Positions 11,344-20,660 of a stretch of 20,660 nt of DNA are shown here, in pieces. The DNA is from Ginkgo biloba (taxonomy: Eukaryota; Plantae; Ginkgophyta), in NCBI GenBank assembly GCA_024626585.2, contig JANKJI020000004.1, forward strand, positions 2,907,766 to 2,928,425, in the 5' to 3' direction. How positions within the stretch are numbered: the first letter of the stretch is position 1; every line of letters begins with the position of its first letter. A program made the position numbers and the translations under genes. Below the pieces are notes generated by a model, which did no database searches, was not told where the DNA came from, and was given only the letters and a program-made list of their open reading frames with translations.

Positions 11344-11702
11344 TGTGTATTAAAATATAATAAACAACGTGAATCATAAGATAGGGATCTGATTATGGTT
11401 GAAGTTGACTGAGAACCATATGGCCTGGTTACTAAAGATATCCTGGAGGGGACTGCCAACGCAAAGAAGATGCTTGACAAGGTGAAGAAGATCCAAGAGT
11501 TCATTGAGAACCAAATTACAAACCAAAACTGATTGATTNNNNNNNNNNNNNNNNNNNNNNNNNNNNNNNNNNNNNNNNNNNNNNNNNNNNNNNNNNNNNN
11601 NNNNNNNNNNNNNNNNNNNNNNNNNNNNNNNNNNNNNNAACATTCTCTATGAAAGTTACACAAAAGCCACCAAACAAATTTGTGAGTGTATACAATATTC
11701 AA

Positions 11703-11718
11703 AGAGAGAGAGAGAGAG
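11703..11718. repeat. (AG)8 microsatellite
   Basis: Direct reading of agagagagagagagag. Confidence 0.9.
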
Positions 11719-12279
11719 GACCTTCAGGATCGTGGTTATGTTTGGGTAGGACCTCATAAAATTAAAGTTCTAAAATATGATCAATAGATAATACAATAAT
11801 TGGTCAGTTTATCAAGCAAATACAAGGGAATGAAATATCCAAAAACCAAGAAAAAGATTAATATTTGCAACCTTAGTAATTTGCAGTTGCTTAATCACTT
11901 AATAATTCCATTATAGTAACATGATAGTTAATTGAAATCTATAATTTCATCTAAATAATGTTGTAGGTAAGTATAGGATGGATGGTACCACTAGATATTC
12001 TTAGTTTATATTTGTCATATTTTTCTTTTAGAGGCATACTTTTGTTTAGTCGAATGAATAAATTCAGATATTATACCCTTGTTTTTGCCATATGACTTAT
12101 TTTCCTAATGTGCTATCTTGATTGATGTATTTTTACAAATTCCATATCACACTTGCCTTGTGAATTTTGGTTTCTAGTTTTATGTTTCTTTTTTAATTAC
12201 TTTTGTCTAATGCTCTTATAGTTAGGTAATATATAATTGCAATTGCCCTTGAGCTAAACACGTTGACTCTTTTGAGTAG

Positions 12280-12393
12280 ATTGGAGTGTGCAAGCAGTTG
12301 TTAGCTGGGTACTATCACAATATATTCATAAGGAACACATTTCGATGGTTGTTGAAGAAGATACTCAAGCACGTAAAGGAATGAATGGAGTTG
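12280..12393 (+). pseudogene. Diverged partial duplicate of the start of the AHL internal exon, with splice acceptor
   Basis: tttgagtag|ATTGGAGTGTGCAAGCAGTTGTTAGCTGGGTA... encodes (D)[36 protein letters not shown]. It aligns to 12994-13098 at offset 705 and then breaks off. Confidence 0.88.
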
Positions 12394-12993
12394 CACTGAA
12401 CAGAGGCGATGATTATTCTTCGGAGGCACTTGATTTGTGGTGGAGAGACGGTTAGCTGAATTTTGCACCAGTCGAAGCCAAACGCGAGGATAAAGCTGCA
12501 TTGCATGCCACACAGGCGAGGACGCAACAGAGAGAGAAAAACGCGGAGCGCAGCGAGGAGGAGCAGAAGATAGAAAAAAAATTATCCTAAGTGATTTCAA
12601 AATTAAAGAAATTTAATTTTTTTATGTAATTTGTTTGAAGTCCGAGTCCGCCCGCGGTCATATGAAGTTAGCATATAGCCATGGGTCAAGGGTTTATAAA
12701 AATTTAAAGGGCTAAGTGTTTAAGTTTTAGAAGGGGGCTAAAAGGTTTTTGGAATGAGTTTGTTTTCTTAAAGTAAGAATGTGGCTTAGTGGTAGAAGCA
12801 TGTTTTTTTTAAGGAGGTCTTGGATTGAAAATAGTAAGATTAATTTTGTGGAGAGTTATTATTTTGACCTCAGTTATGATGGTGACCAACAAGNNNNNNN
12901 NNNNNNNNNNNNNNNNNNNNNNNNNNNNNNNNNNNNNNNNNNNNNNNNNNNNNNNNNNNNNNNNNNNNNNNNNNNNNNNNNNNNNNNNNNNNN

Positions 12994-13672
12994 TGCAAGC
13001 AGTTGTTAGCTGGGTACTGTCACAATCTTTTCATGAGGAGCACATTTCGATGGTTGCTGAAGAAGATACTCAAGCACTTAAAGGAATGGATGGGATTGAC
13101 TTACTGCAAGGGGTAGTTAGCACAGTGAATGAGTGTCTTAGGGAAGCGGCCATCTTTGGACTTGATCCTCTAAAGGAACCATTAGGATCAATGGATGTTC
13201 TTAAAGCTATTAACAAGGGAAGCTCTAAAGGTGGGCCTACAGGAAGACATTGGGTACTGGATCCAGTCGATGGTACTCTTGGATTTGTACGTGGAGATCA
13301 GTATGCAGTTGCTCTTGCTATGATTGAAGAAGGAGAGGTGGTTCTTGGAGTTCTGGGTTGTCCAAATTATCCAATGAGAAGGGAGTGGCTTAGCTACCAT
13401 CATAAATATTATCGGTTCATGTCGAAACTCTCATCGCCGGATTCTGGAGTATGGAGTAAAGGTTGTGTTCTTTCTGCACAGAAGGGGAGTGGGCAAGCTT
13501 GGATGGAGCCTTTAGTCTATGATGTAATAAAGGTAGGATTACGAAACGTAGCCAAGCCTGTCAATGTTTCATTAATCGATGATCCTGCATTGGCAACTTT
13601 TTGTGAGCCAGTTGAAAAGGCTAATTCAAGCCATTCCTTCACAGCGGGTTTGGCAAATAGCTTGGGACTGAG
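12994..13672 (+). CDS. AHL: PAP-specific phosphatase HAL2-like / 3'(2'),5'-bisphosphate nucleotidase, internal exon (5' edge in the N gap)
   Basis: Open frame QAVVSWVL...AEED...[23 protein letters not shown]...GVLGCPN...[12 protein letters not shown] contains the inositol-monophosphatase-family metal-binding motifs and AHL-specific segments. It ends at AG|GTATTT. Confidence 0.95.
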
Positions 13673-13793
13673 GTATTTTCTATTCTAGAATTTGTTTGTC
13701 TTTTTAACTTAGTTGGCTATTTATTTATTTTATTATGTTGCCATTGTAATTTATTGGTGGGTTCAGTAATTGAAGATTTTATTTTTATACTAG
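13673..13793 (+). other. 121-bp GT-AG intron of AHL (phase 2)
   Basis: GT at 13673, T-rich body, and TAG at 13791-13793. Splicing gives the continuous reading GLR-NHPLRAYSMAKY. Confidence 0.92.
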
Positions 13794-14097
13794 AAATCAT
13801 CCTTTACGGGCTTATAGCATGGCAAAATATGTAGCCATAGCTCGAGGTGATGCAGAGATATTTATGAAATTTGCAAAGGTTGGATACAAAGAGAAAATAT
13901 GGGATCATGCAGCAGGAGTTCTTATTATCCAAGAAGCTGGTGGTGTTGTCACTGACGCTCGTGGTCGCCCACTTGACTTTTCAAAGGGGATTTACCTAGA
14001 GGCGCTTGATAGGGGCATCATTGCTTGTTCTGGTGTTGAGTTGCATGCCAAAATCATTGCAGCTGTTGATGCAAGTTGGGATTCTTCCAATCTATGA
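13794..14097 (+). CDS. AHL: PAP-specific phosphatase HAL2-like, last coding exon
   Basis: YSMAKY..IARGDAEIFMKF..YKEKIWDHAAG..EAGGVVTD..LDFS..LDRGII..ASWDSSNL* contains the WDxAAG motif and an AHL-type C-terminus. Confidence 0.95.
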
Positions 14098-15257
14098 GAT
14101 AAATAACTATTAAAATTGTCAATTCCTTATTGTTTGTTTGAGATATTATGGGACAATGTTTAGAAAGCTTTTAATATAATATGCTAGTGTGAATCTCATT
14201 GTATTGCTTTTTCATTTGCATGTAAGCTATATTTTCTAGAATTTCTAATTCTTTCTCTAAGTGATTTATATTACATTCTATATTATATATTAATATATCA
14301 TGAAAAGATTTGAGAACAAATTTATGTAGTTCCATGATAAATATTTTATTCATGAGCTCCTAGATATTGTTGGCATGTTACATAAGTCGAATTAGACCAT
14401 GTAAAATTCATACTATATACTTAATGTGTCATAAATGTTATATTATGTCTATCTCATATCTAAATAGGTATTTGATAATATCCAAATTACAAGCCAATCT
14501 TTGAGAAATACTACGTAATATTGAGTTTGTCTGATAAGTCATTTATTCATAGCATTAAGANNNNNNNNNNNNNNNNNNNNNNNNNNNNNNNNNNNNNNNN
14601 NNNNNNNNNNNNNNNNNNNNNNNNNNNNNNNNNNNNNNNNNNNNNNNNNNNNNNNNNNNNAATACATAGAAATTACTATTTATAAGGAAAAGAATAAATT
14701 CATTAAGATATATTCAGATGGATGCATAGTTACACATAAATAAGGGAATAACCTTTGTACATTGCCCAACTAAGCCTAACTGGTGCGTATGAGGTCCTAT
14801 TATAGACTTTGCTCTTTATTCTTTCTCTAACTAAGAAAAATATAGTATACAAATTTAGAGAAGGAAAAAAATAATACTTAAATTCTAAGTTTTTAACTTA
14901 GATGTTCAATTACCTCCTGAGGAAAGTTGAACCATTCAATTTTCTAAAATATAAATAACTAAAAGTCATGATAGAATCTCAATAGTCTATTGTTACACAG
15001 TTGTTGGAAACATCCAACCAAAATTGTCTTTTTAGTTTTTCCCACTTTATGATAGGTAGTCATCATTTTGACCATAACTTACAAACCACATATATATTTT
15101 TAATCCTATTAGAATTATTTTGAAGCTAACAGAAAATGATACAACTTTTCTTCTTTGACTAAGGGTTAAATCTATATGATTTTTTCCCAATTTTTCCTAC
15201 AAGATGACCATGTGTAAAAGAATAGCAAGTTGACTATTTAGAAAATGACAAAAAGTT

Positions 15258-15574
15258 CACTTGCATCTAAAGTATNNNNNNNNNNCTTTCTTCATGTGGA
15301 TGAGAATTCACTTGCATCTTAGGCGTGGGATTCTCTCCATCAATTAATAAGAACTCACTTGCATCTTACTTCAAACTCACTTTCAATTTACTTGCAATGT
15401 GTATGCAAATTACTTACTTGTGGCTTGTATGCAAGTAACTTCTCAATTACTTGTAGCATGTATGCAAGTAACTTCTCACTTGTAGCCTATATACAAGTAA
15501 CTTCTCACTTGCAATTTGTATGCAAGTAACTTCTCAGTTGCTTGCACCTTGTATGCAAGTGACTTCTCACTTGG
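15258..15574. repeat. Tandem array of 26-33-bp palindromic units (CTTG-N5-TGTATGCAAGTAACTTCTCA), preceded by three CACTTGCATCT copies
   Basis: Units start at 15391, 15417, 15450, 15479, 15508, 15541 and 15570 (partial). CACTTGCATCT occurs at 15258, 15309 and 15356. Confidence 0.88.
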
Positions 15575-18500
15575 ATCATAAGCCCATTTTATCATTAATT
15601 AATAAGGGTATTTAGGCAGATAACATTCTCCCCCTCTTATCTTGTAATTGGCTTTAATTATGTTTTCCCTAATCTATATCAAATCTCAAACATAAATTAT
15701 TAGCATATAAGTTAAGGCATTACAATTTCATAACTCTTATTTCTTCATGTAATATTAACTTTATTATAAAAAATCCATTTTACTTTAACTTTTAATACAT
15801 TTTTTTTATTTTTTTAAGGTTCCATGTTCTTTTAGTGTGAATTTCTCTAGTTGAATAGTAAAATCATTATTAGGGTTTATCATAATAATATTCCCATTAG
15901 CTACATGATTAGGGATTTTGTTCTATTTTCTTAAACTTTGATGGTTTGGTGTTGAGGGTGTTGTGGATATCCCAAATTGAGATATAAAATGACCATTATG
16001 TCTAAGAAAATAAATAAACTATATCTCTTAGAGCGATATAGTTTTGCATTATGTTATTGGTTCTGAAATGCAACCATTAAATTTCTGGCGATTTGTATTT
16101 TCAAGGATAGAGATCTGTTTAAACCAAAATCTCTGCCATATGTTTCGAATTAATAGCATTAATTGCAAACATATGAAAAACCATGTGCATTCATTATGTC
16201 TTAGTTGGGATCAAATGCTAGGAGTAAATTCCACATTATATTGTCTTATAGTTCAGATTGTGAATAGGATATTGTGCTTCTGAGTGAATGGAAAGCCCTG
16301 TGACATGATGCAGGCAGAGGCGGAGAGTTTTTAGCTTTCCTTGGTTGCTTTATGACTTGGGTTGTCGGTTTAGCTAGTAAATGAATATTGAACAGACTAC
16401 ATAAAATATTTGTCCGTGTCAGAAGCTGTATTATAACATAAACCCAAATGTTTATATCGTTCTGTGATTCAGCCTCATCATGATTGTGCTTCGCAATGAA
16501 ATGATAGCGGGCATGGAGTTCGATGTAATTTAATATGTAAAAGAAATTTATATCTTATATCTCAATGGATATTTAACAAGCAACCTCATTAAATGGGTTT
16601 ATTATTATCTATTTTATTGTTATGTGAAATTTTGATAAATATAATGCTAATATGTATTTTTTTAATAATGACATTACAAAAATGTCCAAAGCTTTATGCT
16701 CTTTGTGGATGCTCTTGCATTTTTCAAGTACATGGTTAGTGTTGGGTTTTACATGTCTATTTTGCATGTTCCTAATACCATAATGCTTGCTTGAACCTGA
16801 TAAAAGTGGGGCTTATGTTTGCCTTATTGAACCCTTTTCTTCACAATTTAAGAGCTACAACTATCAAACACACCAATATTCATTTTATCTTTGACAAGTT
16901 ATAAAATAGGTAACTCTTCGATCAAATTATTACGTAGTTCCAATTTACATCGATATTTCTTGATAAAACTCTATTGGAGTAGCCTTAATTTGTTGTTTGA
17001 TCCCTTATTTTTGAAATAATGAGAACACATATGTAACAATTTGATAACACGAGCGCCGAAGGAAAAAATTATGTAGATAAAATTTACATTTTACCAATTT
17101 GTCATCCTAAATCTCTCCACTCTATCTAGATTGCCTTGTTTGTAACATGATTACTTTTCATCCTGAATTTTTCATTTTTCATTTTGCCTATAACTTTGCA
17201 TCAACATTATCTTTTGAAATAGGAAATCATTAATGGCTATTATGGTAGTGTTCTTGAATTTCATTCAGAGCACTTTATCCTACTAGGAGTAACAACTCTA
17301 TTAATTTGTTTTGAACGTTCACATAAAACTCATTGTCTAATAAATGACATTTTAGTTACAAACCATTGCTTTGGATGTTTACTTGAAAACATAGGTTCTT
17401 GATTTGTTGTAATAATGGACCTTATTGAGAAGGTCAACTGTAGTGGTATTACATTTTGTATAAGATGACCTTAAACTATTGATGAACTTTATCACGCCTC
17501 TAGATGCTTTTATCACCTTAGGGAATTGAACTACAATGTATTGGTTTTAAACACAACAAACATCATAGTTTGATAATTCATGTCCGAGGTTTGATGTCTG
17601 ATGCATAAAGGTACATGTCCCAAAACTAATCCTCAACCCAAGACTTTGTAAGTCCCTTGCCATCAGCTTCTATATATCAAAATTTTTAAGAGACATGTTG
17701 AAGATTGGTTATTTTGAGTGCAAGATGTTATAACGATTTTTTCTCGAGTGTTCTTTACTATGTTAATCATCCAACATAGAGGGCAAGCATTTTTTGAAGA
17801 GACTGTTTTTGGAGACGAAAGCAACTTGAATTGCTTTCTACGCATGAAATTTATTGAGAAGCTCAATATGCTATTAGTTTCATCATCTTTCAAAAACTCA
17901 ATATGAGTAAAAGTTCTATTTTGGAAGGAAATTCTTGAAGTAGTTCTTGATATGCCCTTTTATAAGTGTGGTGGGAAATGAATTTTTCGCCAGAGGAATT
18001 GTATTTAATCCTATGGCAAGTTAAAACTCTAATCTAATTTCTTGGTCAAATTTTGGTTGGAATCGAAGCATCCTATTGGAGATGTTTTTGACAATGTTGT
18101 AATATAGGCATTTTTGTCTTGTGGAAGATATAGTTATTCATGTGCTTGTATGTTTGCTAATGTAATCTCGTCCAATTAATTTCTAGGGCCATTAGAGAAC
18201 TTTAGAATCTCTTAGTCTGCGTGTCAACCATCCACAAGAATCATGTCATGTCATTTCACAATCTTATTTTGCTTGGATTTGACATTGACCTTACCAAATT
18301 AATTAGAGTGATTATTAGACTTTTTTAGAATGTGGATAACTCATAAATATTGAAATGTTTTATCTTCCAATATGCATATTGACTAGTGTTAGAATATCCG
18401 TTGCCCTTATGTAATTTCCCATAAAAGGGTAACATAAGCAATGAATCAGATTGATTAATGTTTATAAGGCCTGAATTGATATATGCATTAGTAGAATTGA

Positions 18501-19089
18501 GTATATCTACTAGTTACAAGTTTGTTTTGTTTCTTTTTTGCAAGTTGGGGATCCTCTACAACTTATTAATGGTGAGCTTATAAGGCACCCCATGTAATCC
18601 ACTTTAATATCATTAATTCAAGTTTTCAAATACCAAAAGAGATATAATNNNNNNNNNNNNNNNNNNNNNNNNNNNNNNNNNNNNNNNNNNNNNNNNNNNN
18701 NNNNNNNNNNNNNNNNNNNNNNNNNNNNNNNNNNNNNNNNNNNNNNNNNNNNNNNNNNNTAGGTGTTGTGGCATGATAGCATGCTTACGGATTTGTTGAT
18801 GGTAATAGTAGAATCTTTGAGTTAGCAGATTGCATGTGCAATATTGTTTGATATATAATTAGTGAAAATATTTAAATTAATAATTATTCCAAGTGCAAAG
18901 CTATTGAATAGAAATCTTTGTGTTTATGAAGTGGTGATTAGATTTGAAAGCTTCTTGAAGTGCAATGTGTACCAACTAAAGTTTGACTAAAATGAGCAAA
19001 AAGTTATGTAGGGAACATAAAGAATATCATAAAGAGCTTATTTACAATAAAGAGTAGAACATATCGTGAATTGGAAATTATTATAATGA

Positions 19090-20050
19090 GATGCATGCAT
19101 TTGGATATTGCCCACATTCCATATTGGTTATTGATTGAAAAATAATATATTTGACTTGTAGTTGCAAGGAGGTATGCAAAGAATGGAAAAAATTGTAACT
19201 ATAAGAGATGTTTGCATTTAATAGTCTTATGCAAAGAGAAGTTATTCATGATGAAGGTTCATAACCCTAGTAATTGTATTATCTTGTTTCTTGATTGTCA
19301 TTAAGAGGGTCTAGTTGTCTACAACATAAATTTCTAGTATAATTGGAGTTCACGTGAGATATCATGTGCAAATTGAATAGTTTTAGCCATCAATTAGAAT
19401 GTGCAAATTTTGATGCTCGGTAGCAAGTACATATTTTNNNNNNNNNNNNNNNNNNNNATATTATTTTTTATACGATACATTTGTTCATTGGTTCTAATCT
19501 ATGGAAATTAATGTAATACATTAGGAGCAAATTGCATTGCATCTTGTGGCACATGTATTGGCATGCCAAATTCAAGATAGTTTGTCATTAGTTAAGTTCT
19601 TACTTAAATGAGATTTGAAAAGTAGGAGAATTCAACATGTATTGACCATGAGACATGATTTATATCATATAAGACCATATAGCCAAAGGAGTTAGTAAAT
19701 ATTTCTTCTTTAGACAACTATAACTAGTGGTACTAGATTTCCCTAGACCTTTAACTATATTAGTGTTCTCAGTATGTTCACAGATGGAACTTTGGTGATT
19801 TGTAACATATATCATAACATAAGTAAAGTTATTACATGTGCAAACATTCCAAAAAGTTTTGAAGACAATTGGACGACATTGTTGAGAATGGTTCTCCTGC
19901 ATGTGTTGGCATACATTTTAATTTATGAATGAAGATTTGTTGTTTATTTAAAGTAGGTTGGAAATTAGAGATTTGGTTTCTCCTTTTTCTTAAGCTAGAA
20001 ATTCATCTTTTGTGAAATGGTGTGGTTTCCTCTACAACAATATTTAGACT
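19090..20050 (+). pseudogene. Probable decayed F-box protein gene (F-box plus associated domain)
   Basis: Frameshifted fragments DACIW / HIPYWLLIEK / EVCKEWKKL (19169-19195) match the plant F-box pattern W..LP..L...I....VCKxW..L. They are followed by EGLVVYN....W, CN.L and KFKIV-like fragments. Many stops; the 3' limit is approximate. Confidence 0.45.
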
Positions 20051-20660
20051 TTAAGGTTTGGAGTTGTTGACCTTAATGATGGTGGAGTGTCTTGGAATTG
20101 CTAGAAATTTGGTTATTAATGTTTTCCTTTTTTATTATGTTGCCTTTAGTGATTAATTCATTCCATTAATGTATTGTAAAAAGTATAATAGTATTCATTT
20201 TTATGGTATTGTGATGAATTTAGTTGATCATGTTTCTCTTCAACCATTAACCATGGTATTGTAATTCATTACATATTGTAATAAATTAACTTAATTTATA
20301 TTAACAAGGTTAGGACTAATATCTTTGAATCCTCCACCTCTGAACCCGCTACCACCACTTTCTCTATACTATATTACTAAAAACATTGGTCTATCCAACT
20401 ACCCCTCTTTAATGATTTGAGAACTATAAATTATTAAAAGAATAATTTAAAAAATAAAATTATAAAATGTTTCATTATAGTCTTTTTTCCCCATTTGCAT
20501 ATTGATTGTATTAAAGTTGTTATGATGATAATAAATAAACAATGGGTTTTATATTATTATAACCATATGTGAATGAATTTCTCTCACTTGCCTTAAATTG
20601 GCAATCATTTTAGGTTATAGAAAAAATTATTAAATGTAAATCATATGGGTATAACCTTAA

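Larger units (their letters stand above)
6600..11538 (+). mobile_element. Degenerate non-LTR retrotransposon (LINE, L1 clade): ORF1 plus ORF2 (APE endonuclease and reverse transcriptase)
   Basis: Collinear ORF1 zinc knuckle, endonuclease motifs and RT motifs, with many stops and frameshifts. Both boundaries are approximate. Confidence 0.92.

Noticed and set aside
12825-12893. N-terminus MKIVRLILWRV... of the 287-aa ORF as the AHL start
   Set aside because: It is joined to the exon only through a 100-N placeholder gap, uses a non-ATG start and has no similarity to the AHL N-terminus.
15391-15574. CRISPR-like array (palindromic ~29-bp repeats)
   Set aside because: There are no unique 25-45-nt spacers (only ~5 variable nt), no cas genes, and the context is intron-containing plant nuclear DNA.
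16419-16481. Box C/D snoRNA candidate on the - strand (ATGATGA...CTGA, 63 nt)
   Set aside because: There is no terminal stem or clear C' box, and I could not match the guide to an rRNA or snRNA.
20320-20360. MITE/hAT-like terminal motif (ctgaacccgctacca)
   Set aside because: No matching opposite terminus or TSD was found.

Overview
AT-rich, gap-ridden (many N runs) eukaryotic nuclear DNA from a land plant. The protein most resembles moss/lycophyte/fern-type AHL, which is an inference. The only well-supported host gene is a PAP-specific phosphatase HAL2-like (AHL; 3'(2'),5'-bisphosphate nucleotidase, inositol monophosphatase superfamily) on the + strand, with two visible exons (~12994-13672 and 13794-14097) and a 121-bp GT-AG intron. 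Its first exon is not visible. Upstream lie decayed retroelements: two LTR-retrotransposon 5' ends on the - strand, each with an LTR and a tRNA-iMet PBS (one has a recognisable degenerate gag), and a roughly 5-kb degenerate L1-type LINE on the + strand with two internal tandem duplications. A diverged partial duplicate of the AHL exon start, including its splice acceptor, lies ~700 bp upstream and is fused to a CpG-rich segment that looks like a promoter/5'UTR on the opposite strand. Downstream are a palindromic 29/33-bp tandem array and a probable F-box pseudogene. I see no convincing new biological system. The most interesting items are the rearranged 5' end of AHL, the N/FG-rich region of the Gag and the extended tRNA-like PBS.
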